DNA of 64,000 nucleotides from NCBI RefSeq assembly GCF_988242995.1, contig NZ_OZ547043.1; one strand, 5' to 3'. Shown piece by piece: positions 53,307 to 64,000 of this stretch (position 1 is its first letter; each line of letters starts with the position of its first letter). The notes under the pieces were generated by a model. It saw only the letters and a program-made list of their open reading frames with translations, ran no database searches and was not told where the DNA came from. The position numbers and the translations under genes were made by a program.

Positions 53307-54719
53307 TTACGGTACCGGATTGACCAACAGTTGCCCTATCGAGCCACGGTCCGCCATTTCCAGCGTCTGACTGTTGAAGTAGAACGGGAAGTGCGCCCAG
53401 GAAGGCTGACCGAAATAAACCAGCAGCTCCACTTGTCCGTCAACCCAAACGGTATCTTTCCAGCCTCTGTCCTCCGGGAACGGCATCGCGCCATTCACGT
53501 TACGGATCTGGAACATCACGCCTTCAATATGGAACGCTTGCGGCTCGTCCGCGCGTACCGTCCAGCGTTCCCACGTTCCTTGCTGCGCGGTGACATCAAT
53601 ACGGTTAACGTCCCACAGTTGTCCATTAATACCCGGGTCATCACCCAGACTGATATCACGACTGCGAATCGGCGAACCAGCCATGATTTCAGTTGGCAGC
53701 AAGCGCATCGGAAGACTGTCTGTGACCAGCGGCAGAAGGCCGGTTGGGCGCAGCGTTAGCACCAGCGTAGAAACCAGAATGCTGGATGGCTCAAAGAAGC
53801 CACGAATACGATCAACAATGCTCGCCGCTTCGCCACAGGTGATCGACACTTCATCACCGTTGCTCATATCCACCAGAATCTCACGACGCTCGCCCGGTGC
53901 CAGCGAAAGTTGCTTCACCGATACAGGAGCGGGCAGGAATCCCTGATCGCCAGAAATCACATGTAACGGGCGACCATCGCTCATCTGTAGTAGATAGCGT
54001 CGAGAGTTCGACGCGTTCAACAGACGCAAGCGCACCCAGCCACGCGAGACTTCAACGTACGGGCTTTGCACACCGTTAACCAGCAGCGTATCACCAACAA
54101 AGCCGCCGCTTCCCGGTTCGTTGTATTCTGGCGTACCAAAGTTATCCAGCCGTTTATCCTGAATAATGACCGGAAAATCATCCACACCATAATGGTTGGG
54201 GATAGGCAGCGATTTACTGACTTCATCTTCCACCAGCCACATTCCGGCAAGGCCGTTATAGACCTGCTGAGCCGTGCGGTTGGGAGTATTGGCGTGATAC
54301 CACAGAGTAGCTGCGTTCTGGCGAATGGGCAGTACGGGTGCCCAGTCAGCGTTTGGCGACATCATCCGTGCCGGACCGCCCATCAGCGGGCCTGGTACCT
54401 GTAGCCCGGCCACCGTCATTGAGACATTTTCTGTCAGGCGGTTGCTGTAAATAAGCTTAACATCGTCGCCCTTCCAGACGCGGATAGTCGGCCCCAGGTA
54501 ACGACCATTGATTCCCCAGACCGACGCGCGTGTCCCTGGCGTAAATGACCAGTGCGCACGTTGTACAGTCATAAACAGCGGTTGCCCACGGCGAGATTCA
54601 AGCAGCGGCGGAACGGGTAGCGGTTGCTGTTGCCCGGCTGCGCTGGCCTTCAGGGGAACAGCGCCTGCACAAAGTGCAATCCCCGATGCCTGAATGAACT
54701 GACGCCGACTGAGTGACAT
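53307..54719 (-). CDS. ftsP: Cell division protein FtsP (SufI), multicopper oxidase fold, Tat substrate
   Basis: 470 aa; twin-arginine signal SRRQFIQ. Confidence 0.93.
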   Translation of the reverse strand: MSLSRRQFIQASGIALCAGAVPLKASAAGQQQPLPVPPLLESRRGQPLFMTVQRAHWSFTPGTRASVWGINGRYLGPTIRVWKGDDVKLIYSNRLTENVSMTVAGLQVPGPLMGGPARMMSPNADWAPVLPIRQNAATLWYHANTPNRTAQQVYNGLAGMWLVEDEVSKSLPIPNHYGVDDFPVIIQDKRLDNFGTPEYNEPGSGGFVGDTLLVNGVQSPYVEVSRGWVRLRLLNASNSRRYLLQMSDGRPLHVISGDQGFLPAPVSVKQLSLAPGERREILVDMSNGDEVSITCGEAASIVDRIRGFFEPSSILVSTLVLTLRPTGLLPLVTDSLPMRLLPTEIMAGSPIRSRDISLGDDPGINGQLWDVNRIDVTAQQGTWERWTVRADEPQAFHIEGVMFQIRNVNGAMPFPEDRGWKDTVWVDGQVELLVYFGQPSWAHFPFYFNSQTLEMADRGSIGQLLVNPVP

Positions 54720-54793
54720 ATTTGCTCCATGTAAAACTGGCTAAAGTAATACCGTGCAGGAAAGTGTTCCCCGCAAAAATACAGATTGCCGAC

Positions 54794-55531
54794 TTAAACT
54801 TTTCCGGCGGCTTCGCGCTCTGCGACTTCTTTATCGAGATCAGCGATTTTTTGTTCCATTATCGAACGACAATGGGCAGCCAACTCGCGAACCTGATCTT
54901 TGCCATACTGACTGACGTCAATTGGCGGCAGCATTTCGACAATCACCAGACCGTTGTGTAGCCGATTAAGATTAATCTTATTCGAAGTTGTAGAGACGCA
55001 CACGGGAATAATCGGGACGCCCGCCGCAATTGCCGCGTGAAATGCCCCGGTCTTGAACGGTAGCAGGCCGCGACCACGGCTGCGGGTTCCTTCCGGGAAC
55101 ATCCAGATGGAAATACGGCGTTTTTTGAAGTGATTCACGACTTCCGCAATAGTGCCGTGAGCTTTAGTGCGATTGTTTCTGTCGATCAATAGGTTGCCGG
55201 TTAACCAGTACAACTGCCCGAAGAAGGGGATCCACAGCAAGCTCTTTTTCCCCACCGTCACCGTCGGCGGTTGCACAATGTTCGATGCTGTCACCATGTC
55301 ATAGTTGTTCTGGTGGTTAGCGATATAGATAGCATTGCCGTAGCTTTCAGCGTCTGCAGGTTTGCGGCACTCCACTTTCAGGCCGAAAAGCGGCGCAAGA
55401 CGGCCAAACATATGCCCAAAGGTGGCCACATGTTTCGGGTTACGCGGGCTGAAAAGGCAGTAAATGGAGCCGAATACACAGACTAAGATGCTGTAAATCA
55501 CGGTAATAATAAGACGAAAGATATATAGCAT
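54794..55531 (-). CDS. plsC: 1-acyl-sn-glycerol-3-phosphate acyltransferase
   Basis: 245 aa; HQNNYD (HxxxxD) acyltransferase motif. Confidence 0.93.
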   Translation of the reverse strand: MLYIFRLIITVIYSILVCVFGSIYCLFSPRNPKHVATFGHMFGRLAPLFGLKVECRKPADAESYGNAIYIANHQNNYDMVTASNIVQPPTVTVGKKSLLWIPFFGQLYWLTGNLLIDRNNRTKAHGTIAEVVNHFKKRRISIWMFPEGTRSRGRGLLPFKTGAFHAAIAAGVPIIPVCVSTTSNKINLNRLHNGLVIVEMLPPIDVSQYGKDQVRELAAHCRSIMEQKIADLDKEVAEREAAGKV

Positions 55532-55764
55532 AACACCCTCTGAAGGTCTGAGAGACTGGCATTGTACGTCACCTGAAATCAGGTTAGGGCATTGTTAAAA
55601 GCCGCTCTCTGGAAAAGCGTATTGTTAATCGCAACGCATGAATAAACAACGGTTTCAAGGGAATTTTTATCGTTTCCGGGGGTTGAATACGCTGCCGGAT
55701 GACGGCTTAACGTTTCATCCGGCGTTCCTTGCAAGCGGGAGGAAACAGCGCCCTCCCCGGCATA

Positions 55765-58023
55765 TTACTCTTCGCTATCACCGCTGCTGGCACGGCGAGG
55801 AGAGTCGATCTCAACACGATCGATACGCTGCAAACCGCGCATCAACGTACCGCGGCGTCCACGTTCGCCAGTGACTTTCTGTAGCTCTTCCGGACGCAGT
55901 TTAATTTTGCGTTTCCCAACATGAATGGTCAGCGTGCTTTGCGGCGGCAGAACGTACAGTTGCGCCAGACCATCTTCTCCACGCGCGGCTTCTGCCGATG
56001 GAATGTTGATAATCTTGTTGCCTTTGCCCTTCGACAGCTGCGGCAGATCGCTTACCGGGAACATCAACATACGGCCTGCCTGAGTGATTGCCAGCAGCAT
56101 ATCGGAAGCATCTTCAATCACCACCGGCGGCATAACATGGGCATTTTCCGGTAAGGTGATCAAAGCTTTACCTGCACGGTTACGCGCCACCAGATCGTTA
56201 AAGGTGCAGACGAAACCGTAACCCGCATCGGAAGCCATCAGCAGTTTCTGATCGTCGCTTTCCATCAGCATATGGTCAACGGTCGCTCCAGGCGGCAACG
56301 TTAATTTGCCGGTGAGCGGCTCGCCCTGACCACGCGCCGACGGCAGCGTAATCGGGTCGATGGCATAGCTACGACCGGTGGAATCAACAAACACTACCGG
56401 TTGGTTGCTCTTACCTTTCACCGCCGCTTTGAAGCTATCGCCCGCTTTATAATTCAGGCCCGGCGCGTCGATATCATGGCCTTTAGCGCTGCGTACCCAG
56501 CCCATCTGCGACAGCACAATGGTGACAGGTTCAGACGGCAGCATGTCGTGCTCGCTCATCGCTTTCGCTTCTTCGCGTTCCTGCAACGGCGAACGACGTT
56601 CGTCACCGTAGGCTTGCGCGTCTGCCTGCAGTTCTTTCTTCAGCAGGTTATTCATTTTACGCTCGGAAGCCAAAATGCCCTGCAACTGGTCGCGCTCTTT
56701 TTCCAGCTCACTCTGCTCACCGCGAATCTTCATCTCTTCCAGTTTGGCAAGATGACGCAGTTTCAGTTCGAGGATCGCTTCCGCCTGGGTTTCCGTAAGG
56801 CCAAACCGCGACATCAGCGCCGGTTTCGGTTCATCTTCATTACGAATGATCTCAATCACTTCGTCGATATTGAGAAACGCCACCAGCAAACCTTCGAGGA
56901 TATGCAGGCGCTTGAGGACTTTCTCCAGACGATAGTTCAGTCGGCGGCGCACTGTATCGCGGCGGAACACCAGCCATTCGGAGAGGATTTCCAGCAGGTT
57001 TTTCACCGCCGGACGACCATCCAGACCGATCATATTGAGGTTAATACGATAGCTCTTTTCCAGATCGGTGGTTGCGAAGAGGTGGTTCATCACCTGATCC
57101 ATATCCACGCGGTTGGAACGCGGCACAATCACCAGACGGGTCGGGTTCTCGTGGTCAGATTCATCGCGCAGATCGTCAACCATCGGCAGCTTTTTGTTGC
57201 GCATTTGCGCAGCAATTTGCTCCAGTACGCGCGCACCTGAAACCTGATGCGGCAATGCGCTGATAACCACCGCGCCATCTTCTTTCTTCCAAACCGCGCG
57301 CATACGCACTGAACCACGTCCGTTCTCGTAGATTTTACGGATCTCGGCGCGCGAAGTGATAATTTCCGCTTCAGTCGGATAATCCGGCCCCTGCACGATA
57401 TCCAGCAGCTGGTCGAGCGTGGTTTTCGGCTGGTCGATTAATGCGATTGCCGCCTGAGCCACTTCACGCAGGTTATGCGGTGGAATATCGGTCGCCATGC
57501 CGACGGCAATACCGGTGGTGCCGTTAAGCAAAATGTTTGGCAGACGGGCAGGTAGCATTTTCGGCTCCTGCAAAGTGCCGTCGAAGTTTGGCACCCAGTC
57601 AGCCGTCCCCTGCCCCAGCTCGCTCAATAGCAGCTCGGAATATTTCGACAACCGGGATTCGGTGTAACGCATTGCTGCGAACGATTTCGGATCGTCCGGC
57701 GCGCCCCAGTTCCCCTGACCATCAACCAGCGGATAACGGTAAGAGAACGGCTGCGCCATCAGGACCATCGCTTCATAACAGGCGCTATCGCCGTGCGGAT
57801 GGTATTTACCCAGTACGTCACCGACGGTACGAGCCGATTTTTTAAATTTGGCGCTGGCATTCAGGCCCAGCTCAGACATCGCATACACAATGCGGCGCTG
57901 AACAGGTTTCAGACCATCACCAATAAACGGCAACGCACGGTCCATGATCACGTACATGGAGTAGTTTAAGTAGGCGTTTTCCGTAAATTCATGTAGCGCA
58001 AGGCGCTCTGCCATATCGCTCAT
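55765..58023 (-). CDS. parC: DNA topoisomerase IV subunit A
   Basis: 752-aa ORF, ATG start; recognised. Confidence 0.95.
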
Positions 58024-58160
58024 TAATTCTGATTCCTCAACTTATTCGCCAGCCTTCAAAGGGGCAATATTGCCGGAGATACTACATTATCTGCCGCGTC
58101 GAGTCACAGGAGATCAGCGTGAATAGCGCCGCCGGACGTGCTCCGACGGCGATAAAGGCA

Positions 58161-59768
58161 TCAATGTGCCTTGATATACAACTCTTTGCTGTAGACATAA
58201 TCCTGGGGATTATGCAGCGGAAAACCGCCAACGTAGGGTTTAAGCAGTTTGATTAACGGCTGATAGTAGATAGGAATCAGCGGTGCCTGTTGGTTGATGA
58301 TCACTTCTGCCTGCTGATACAACGCATTACGCTTTGTCGCATCAGTGATCTGCGTGGCCTGGTTTAGTAAGGCGTCATACTGCGCATTTTTCCAGTGACC
58401 GACGTTTTCTTCACTATCGCTTTTGAGCGTGTTCAGGAAGCTGGAAGCATCATTATACGTCGCATCCCACGACTGCCGCGACAGCATGAAATCACCGGTT
58501 CGTCGGGCATCAAGATAGGTTTTCCACTCCATTGTGCGCAGCGTCACCTGTGCACCCAGCCATTTTTTCCATTCGGAAGACAACGCTATCGCGGTTTTTT
58601 CATGCAGATCGTACTTGTTGTAGAACAGCTCAAAGCGTAGCGGATGAGAGGCGTCGTATCCCGCCTGTTTCAGCAAGGCTTTTGCCATCGCGACACGCTC
58701 ACTCATTGGCTTTTGCAGTTCATCGAACGTCGTCGCGCTAAAGCCTTTTACCTCTGGCGGCGTCAGCGTGGTTGCGGGCGTTCTCAACCCCAGTACCTTT
58801 TGCGCAATAAGCTGTCGATCAACCGTAAGATATAGCGCCCGACGCACCCGCACATCGTTAAATGGCGGTTTCTCAAGGTTAAAGTTGTAATATTCGCTGT
58901 TCAGACGCGGGATAATTCGTAGCTCGCCAGGCAGTGATTTTTCAATGGCAGGAATTTGCTGCGCCGGAACCCAGGTGAGATCGACCTCTCCCGCGCGATA
59001 GCGGTTATAGCCGGTGACCGAATTATCCAGCGCCAGATACTTAACCTGTTGCAATACTGTATGTTGCGCATCGCGGTACTTTGGATTTTTGCGTGCAGTA
59101 ATCTTTTCGTTAACTACCCACTGTTCAAGCACAAAGGCACCGTTGTAAACCATGTTCTCTGGCTTACTCCAGCTATCGCCATGTTTAGCGATGACATGAT
59201 GAGGAACCGGGAACAGCGTCGGCCAGGCGAGCATCGTCGTGAACCAAGGAACCGGCTGCTCAAGCGTAACTTCAAGAGTACGATCATCCGTCGCTTTGAC
59301 ACCCAGCGATGTAACATCTGCTTTACCCGCAACAATAGCCGCGGCATTGTTAATGTGCGCCTGTGCCAGATAGCCAGCAAAAGGGCTTGCCGTTTTCGGG
59401 TCAACCGCGCGCTGCCAGCCGAGGACAAAATCCTCTGCCGTCAGAGGCTGACCGTCTGACCACTGCAAACCGTTACGCAGATGGAAAATATAGCGCTTGC
59501 CGCCGTCCAGTATCTCCCAGCGTTCAGCCTGAGCGGGCTGCACCTGGCCTTCACCGTCCATCCATACCAGACCTTCAAACAGATCCAGCACAATCTGCGC
59601 GGCAGTATTCTCCTCTACCTTTTGCGGGTCGAGCGTGCCTGGGTCGCTATGATTGTTGTAACGAAAAACTTGTTGCGGGGCGAGCGGTGTGTTGGCGGGA
59701 ACGTCAGCAGCGTAGAGAGGAGCCGCACTTACCAGGCTGACCAGCCATAATAAATTTCGCGTATACAT
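58161..59768 (-). CDS. ygiS: Periplasmic substrate-binding protein (oligopeptide/bile-acid binding family)
   Basis: 535 aa from ATG 59768 (MYTRNLLWLVSLVSAAPLYA signal peptide), SD aagga. Confidence 0.9.
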   Translation of the reverse strand: MYTRNLLWLVSLVSAAPLYAADVPANTPLAPQQVFRYNNHSDPGTLDPQKVEENTAAQIVLDLFEGLVWMDGEGQVQPAQAERWEILDGGKRYIFHLRNGLQWSDGQPLTAEDFVLGWQRAVDPKTASPFAGYLAQAHINNAAAIVAGKADVTSLGVKATDDRTLEVTLEQPVPWFTTMLAWPTLFPVPHHVIAKHGDSWSKPENMVYNGAFVLEQWVVNEKITARKNPKYRDAQHTVLQQVKYLALDNSVTGYNRYRAGEVDLTWVPAQQIPAIEKSLPGELRIIPRLNSEYYNFNLEKPPFNDVRVRRALYLTVDRQLIAQKVLGLRTPATTLTPPEVKGFSATTFDELQKPMSERVAMAKALLKQAGYDASHPLRFELFYNKYDLHEKTAIALSSEWKKWLGAQVTLRTMEWKTYLDARRTGDFMLSRQSWDATYNDASSFLNTLKSDSEENVGHWKNAQYDALLNQATQITDATKRNALYQQAEVIINQQAPLIPIYYQPLIKLLKPYVGGFPLHNPQDYVYSKELYIKAH

Positions 59769-59876
59769 GGTATTCCTTACCGGAGAAATTATAAGCCCGA
59801 CAACAATACGCCTGTGGCATTGTTCGCTCAAACTTATCGCGAGTGATTTGGCTCACACTCCGGTAAAGATTCTTCA

Positions 59877-60359
59877 TCACGCCAACGGCACATAAACATC
59901 TGTTTCCAGTCGCTGCTCTGTCATCCCTTCGGCAAGATTGGTGTAGTGAAACAGAATCGGTGCTTTACGCATTTTCTCGCCGCTTGCAGGTAGCCAGTGG
60001 CGAATGATGCCCCATATCGTGTGTGAAATATCGTCCAGCTCGCCAACATGGCGGGCCACAGCATAACGTCCACCGGTAAGTTCACCATTACTTACGCCAT
60101 AACGATTATCGGGGATCGGTTCGCTAACGCTGCCGCAGATATCAAAGCGAAACGCTTCCGGTGCGGTGGTGGCAGGGTCGTCCCAGGCGACGCCAAAAGT
60201 CTGGCTTTGGTTAACAGGAGAAAGCCCCGTCTCTTTACGCCACATGATAAATTTCGCCACGCTGTAGTTGAGCAACTCAGGGCTACAGCGGTGCGGCAAC
60301 ATCGCCACAGGGATTGATGGGAAATCGATAATATTTACATCCAGTGTCAGGTTTGTCAT
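59877..60359 (-). CDS. ygiV: GyrI-like small-molecule-binding transcription regulator
   Basis: 160-aa ORF, ATG start, SD gggagg. Confidence 0.88.
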   Translation of the reverse strand: MTNLTLDVNIIDFPSIPVAMLPHRCSPELLNYSVAKFIMWRKETGLSPVNQSQTFGVAWDDPATTAPEAFRFDICGSVSEPIPDNRYGVSNGELTGGRYAVARHVGELDDISHTIWGIIRHWLPASGEKMRKAPILFHYTNLAEGMTEQRLETDVYVPLA

Positions 60360-60411
60360 TTTGCCTCCCTGCGAAATTATTCCCGGGAACGCGTCCCGGG
60401 AGCGGTAACAA

Positions 60412-60804
60412 TTACGGATTTACTTTGCGGATCTGTTTGACGTCAATTTCAACAGAATTCCAGTCTTTATCGACTTCCCCCTGAATCTCAACCGTATCTT
60501 TCGGCGTCACCGTCACGCCGTTCCAGCGTTTGTGGTCGATATCAACATTGATAGTACCGCTGGCATCTTTGAACACGTAGAGATCGTCAGAGATGCGTTC
60601 AACGATATTGCCGCGCAGGGTTACCCAGGTGTCGTCACGCAGGGATTTTGCGCTTTCTACGGTCGTTACGCTGCCGTTCGGCCCCTGGAATCCTCCGGCC
60701 TGACTTTGCGTTGCCGATGGGCCAGAAAAACCGCCCTGCTCTGCTGCCATAACCGGTGCACTGCACAGGGCCATTACTGCGATTACTGCTGCGAATTTTT
60801 TCAT
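60412..60804 (-). CDS. ygiW: BOF/YgiW-family periplasmic stress protein
   Basis: 130 aa from ATG 60804 (MKKFAAVIAVMALCSAPVMA signal peptide). Confidence 0.9.
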   Translation of the reverse strand: MKKFAAVIAVMALCSAPVMAAEQGGFSGPSATQSQAGGFQGPNGSVTTVESAKSLRDDTWVTLRGNIVERISDDLYVFKDASGTINVDIDHKRWNGVTVTPKDTVEIQGEVDKDWNSVEIDVKQIRKVNP

Positions 60805-60955
60805 GTTTATTACTCCCTTTAATGTCTGTTTCCGAGCATTTAACAAGATAGTCCTTAACAACTTCTTAAGGGAAAAAAATAAAATTTAATGCTGTACAGA
60901 GCGCGTTACAACACGGTTTACTGGCAGCAAATACGGTTATCGCAGGGATGAAAAA

Positions 60956-61615
60956 ATGCGAATTTTACTGATAGAAGATGACATGCTGATTGGCGACGGC
61001 ATCAAAACGGGCCTTAGTAAAATGGGTTTTAGCGTCGACTGGTTTACACAAGGTCGTCAGGGAAAAGAGGCGCTATATAGTGCGCCTTATGATGCGGTGA
61101 TCCTGGATTTAACCTTACCAGGCATGGATGGTCGCGATATTTTGCGCGAATGGCGAGAAAAAGGTCAGCGTGAGCCGGTACTGATCCTGACCGCGCGCGA
61201 TGCGTTAGCGGAACGTGTAGAGGGGCTGCGTCTGGGAGCTGACGATTATCTGTGTAAACCTTTTGCGTTGATAGAAGTCGCCGCCAGGCTGGAAGCTCTG
61301 ATGCGCCGAACCAACGGCCAGGCCAGCAACGAACTGCGCCACGGTAACGTCATGCTCGACCCCGGCAAACGTATCGCCACGCTGGCTGGCGAACCCTTAA
61401 CGCTGAAACCAAAAGAATTTGCCCTGCTGGAATTACTGATGCGTAACGCTGGTCGGGTACTGCCGCGCAAACTGATTGAAGAGAAACTGTATACCTGGGA
61501 CGAAGAGGTCACCAGTAATGCCGTTGAAGTGCATGTGCATCATCTGCGACGCAAACTCGGCAGTGATTTTATTCGTACCGTTCATGGTATTGGCTACACA
61601 TTAGGTGAGAAATGA
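60956..61615 (+). CDS. qseB: Two-component response regulator QseB (OmpR family)
   Basis: 219-aa ORF, ATG start; recognised. Confidence 0.93.
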   Translation: MRILLIEDDMLIGDGIKTGLSKMGFSVDWFTQGRQGKEALYSAPYDAVILDLTLPGMDGRDILREWREKGQREPVLILTARDALAERVEGLRLGADDYLCKPFALIEVAARLEALMRRTNGQASNELRHGNVMLDPGKRIATLAGEPLTLKPKEFALLELLMRNAGRVLPRKLIEEKLYTWDEEVTSNAVEVHVHHLRRKLGSDFIRTVHGIGYTLGEK

Positions 61616-62961
61616 AATTTACCCAACGTCTTAGTCTGCGAGTCAGGCTGACGCTAATCTTTTTAATTCTGGCCTCAGTGACCTGGCTGCTTTCCAGCTT
61701 TGTCGCCTGGAAACAAACAACGGATAACGTCGATGAGTTGTTCGACACCCAACTGATGCTGTTTGCCAAGCGGTTAAGTACGCTCGATCTCAACGAAATC
61801 AACGCGGCAGATCGCATGGCACAGACGCCAAATAAATTAAAACACGGTCATGTTGATGACGATGCGCTGACCTTTGCCATCTTTACCCACGACGGCAGAA
61901 TGGTCCTTAACGATGGCGATAACGGAGAAGATATTCCCTATAGCTATCAACGGGAAGGTTTCGCTGACGGGCAACTGGTCGGTGAAGACGATCCCTGGCG
62001 TTTTGTCTGGATGACCTCACCTGATGGCAAATATCGCATCGTTGTTGGTCAGGAATGGGAATACCGCGAAGACATGGCGCTGGCGATTGTTGCCGGGCAA
62101 TTGATCCCGTGGCTTGTCGCACTGCCGATTATGTTAATCATCATGATGGTACTACTGGGTCGTGAACTCGCGCCGCTGAACAAACTGGCGCTGGCACTAC
62201 GTATGCGTGACCCTGACTCGGAAAAACCACTAAACGCGACGGGCGTACCCAGCGAAGTGCGTCCACTGGTTGAGTCGTTGAATCAACTGTTCGCCCGCAC
62301 ACATGCGATGATGGTTCGAGAACGACGCTTTACCTCCGACGCAGCTCACGAACTTCGTAGCCCGTTAACGGCGCTGAAAGTGCAAACCGAAGTTGCGCAG
62401 CTCTCTGACGATGATCCGCAGGCGCGGAAAAAAGCGCTGCTTCAATTACATTCCGGAATCGATCGTGCTACTCGTCTGGTTGATCAACTGCTCACGCTAT
62501 CGCGGCTGGACTCACTGGATAACCTTCAGGACGTCGCGGAGATCCCGCTTGAAGATCTCCTGCAATCGTCGGTGATGGATATTTACCACACGGCGCAGCA
62601 GGCGAAAATTGACGTGCGACTGACACTCAATGCCCACGGCATCAAACGCACCGGACAACCGCTGTTGCTAAGTTTGTTGGTACGAAACCTTCTGGATAAC
62701 GCCGTGCGTTACAGTCCACAGGGCAGCGTGGTGGACGTCACGCTGAATGCCGATAGTTTCATCGTGAGGGATAACGGCCCCGGTGTGACGCCAGAGGCAC
62801 TGGCGAGAATTGGCGAACGCTTCTATCGCCCACCCGGACAAACCGCTACCGGCAGTGGACTTGGGCTATCGATTGTCCAGCGAATCGCCAAATTGCATGG
62901 CATGAATGTTGAGTTTGGGAATGCGGAACAAGGTGGATTTGAGGCGAAGGTGAGCTGGTAA
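61612..62961 (+). CDS. qseC: Sensor histidine kinase QseC
   Basis: 449 aa; H-box [12 protein letters not shown] overlap with qseB. Confidence 0.93.
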   Translation: MKFTQRLSLRVRLTLIFLILASVTWLLSSFVAWKQTTDNVDELFDTQLMLFAKRLSTLDLNEINAADRMAQTPNKLKHGHVDDDALTFAIFTHDGRMVLNDGDNGEDIPYSYQREGFADGQLVGEDDPWRFVWMTSPDGKYRIVVGQEWEYREDMALAIVAGQLIPWLVALPIMLIIMMVLLGRELAPLNKLALALRMRDPDSEKPLNATGVPSEVRPLVESLNQLFARTHAMMVRERRFTSDAAHELRSPLTALKVQTEVAQLSDDDPQARKKALLQLHSGIDRATRLVDQLLTLSRLDSLDNLQDVAEIPLEDLLQSSVMDIYHTAQQAKIDVRLTLNAHGIKRTGQPLLLSLLVRNLLDNAVRYSPQGSVVDVTLNADSFIVRDNGPGVTPEALARIGERFYRPPGQTATGSGLGLSIVQRIAKLHGMNVEFGNAEQGGFEAKVSW

Positions 62962-62969
62962 CTTCTCTG

Positions 62970-63007
62970 TCTATGAGAGCCGTTAAAACGACTCTCATAG
63001 ATTTTAC
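62970..63007 (+). terminator. qseC terminator hairpin
   Basis: tctatgagag...ctctcataga 10-bp stem followed by ttttact. Confidence 0.55.
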
Positions 63008-63009
63008 TA

Positions 63010-63339
63010 TTAGCAAAATATAAACCGTCCCCAAAAAAGCCACCAACCACAAACCAAACAAATAACGAGCGTGAATACATATAGCCAAAACTCGAACATT
63101 TCCCGCATAAAGAGTTTTCTTAAGATAAGAATAATAAGTGGCGTCAGAAGAAAAAATGCTGCAATCATTGCTTGCAATATACGATCTTCGCCTGAAACGG
63201 AAGGTATACTGCAAATATTGTCTCCCGACTCAAGCATCCAGTCATACTTATTGAAAGCAAAAAAAGCATCTATTAACCAATAAGTAAGCATTATATATAA
63301 CAGAGCTTCAAATATTGTTTGAATTTTATGCTTTAACAT
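63010..63339 (-). CDS. ygiZ: Inner membrane protein
   Basis: 109 aa, three hydrophobic segments. Confidence 0.85.
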   Translation of the reverse strand: MLKHKIQTIFEALLYIMLTYWLIDAFFAFNKYDWMLESGDNICSIPSVSGEDRILQAMIAAFFLLTPLIILILRKLFMREMFEFWLYVFTLVICLVCGWWLFWGRFIFC

Positions 63340-63597
63340 ATGTTAGCACTCTCTAAAAAAAGTCCAGTCGGAGATCTGGTTTTCGATACCCTCCAGTAAA
63401 TCTATTTAAAATAATCTGCGTAACACGCTGATATTTTCATTTTTAGTTATTCAACACCACAATTATCAACTCGCAGAAAGTCCACACCAACGTTGTAAAT
63501 TAACCCTGTGCTAGTTGGAATGATGAGAAATTGCTATCAGTATAGTCATTTTCAGAAAATATTTATCCTGCATCGGTGAGTCAGAGCAAGATCAGAC

Positions 63598-63618
63598 TTT
63601 TGCTAAATTAGCAAAAGA
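63598..63618. promoter_or_regulatory. Palindromic candidate operator upstream of mdaB (cttttgctaa a ttagcaaaag)
   Basis: Perfect 10-bp arms with 1-nt spacer; a third partial copy ttttgctaattt at 63628-63639; ~80 bp upstream of mdaB ATG. Confidence 0.4.
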
Positions 63619-63697
63619 CTTTGCACATTTTGCTAATTTCACCGTACCGCTCTGTGACGTACTATAGTCGACAAACGTCTCACCTTGAGGTTAAAAA

Positions 63698-64000
63698 ATG
63701 AGCAACATCCTGATTATCAACGGCGCGAAAAAATTCGCCCACTCCAATGGTCAACTGAACGACACCCTGACCGAAGTCGCGGATGGCACACTGCGCGACC
63801 TCGGGCATGATGTCCGCATCGTTCGCGCCGACAGCGACTACGATGTCAAAGCGGAAGTACAAAACTTTCTCTGGGCTGATGTGGTGATTTGGCAGATGCC
63901 AGGCTGGTGGATGGGCGCGCCGTGGACAGTGAAAAAATACATTGATGATGTATTCACCGAAGGTCACGGGACGCTGTATGCCAGCGATGGTCGTACCCGC
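63698..64000 (+). CDS. mdaB: NADPH:quinone oxidoreductase MdaB, N-terminal part (runs past window end)
   Basis: ATG at 63698; MSNILIINGAKKFAHSNGQLN recognised; frame open to window edge. Confidence 0.9.
   Translation, partial: MSNILIINGAKKFAHSNGQLNDTLTEVADGTLRDLGHDVRIVRADSDYDVKAEVQNFLWADVVIWQMPGWWMGAPWTVKKYIDDVFTEGHGTLYASDGRTR

Noticed and set aside
56401..57240. 279-aa plus-strand ORF
   Set aside because: Antisense inside parC; His/Arg/Phe-rich composition typical of antisense frames.

Overview
This window is Escherichia coli chromosome in the conserved order sslE(yghJ) - glcABGFEDC - yghO...yghT - pitB - gss - yghU - hybGFEDCBAO - yghWX - gpr - yqhA - yghA - exbDB - metC - yghB - yqhCD - dkgA - yqhGH - ygiQ - ftsP - plsC - parC - ygiS - ygiVW - qseBC - ygiZ - mdaB. 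About 50 genes are recognisable core genes with ordinary starts, SD sites, operon overlaps and intergenic hairpins. No rRNA, tRNA, CRISPR or prophage features were found. The accessory part is 12.7-27.2 kb. There, an IS4 copy (1426 bp, 16/18 terminal inverted repeats, 13-bp target duplication) splits the acyltransferase-like gene yghO. Between yghO and yghQ lies an ~8-kb block of eight genes that, from memory, the K-12 reference lacks (an IS5 sits there instead). The block encodes an acyl-AMP ligase, an epimerase/dehydratase-fold reductase, a dedicated acyl carrier protein and a serine-palmitoyltransferase-like alpha-oxoamine synthase, followed on the other strand by an LptF/LptG-like permease pair, a YtfJ-like periplasmic protein, an unknown 274-aa protein, the flippase-like yghQ and the P-loop paralogs yghR/S/T. 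Together with yghO this matches the gene set reported for bacterial ceramide/sphingoid-lipid synthesis, so I propose it as an uncharacterised sphingolipid-like lipid synthesis and export locus, here probably crippled at the N-acylation step by IS4. Other differences from my memory of K-12: the mqsRA toxin-antitoxin pair is absent between ygiS and ygiV, and yghX is an intact ORF. All functional calls rest on reading the translated ORFs by eye and on recalled family motifs; no database search was run.
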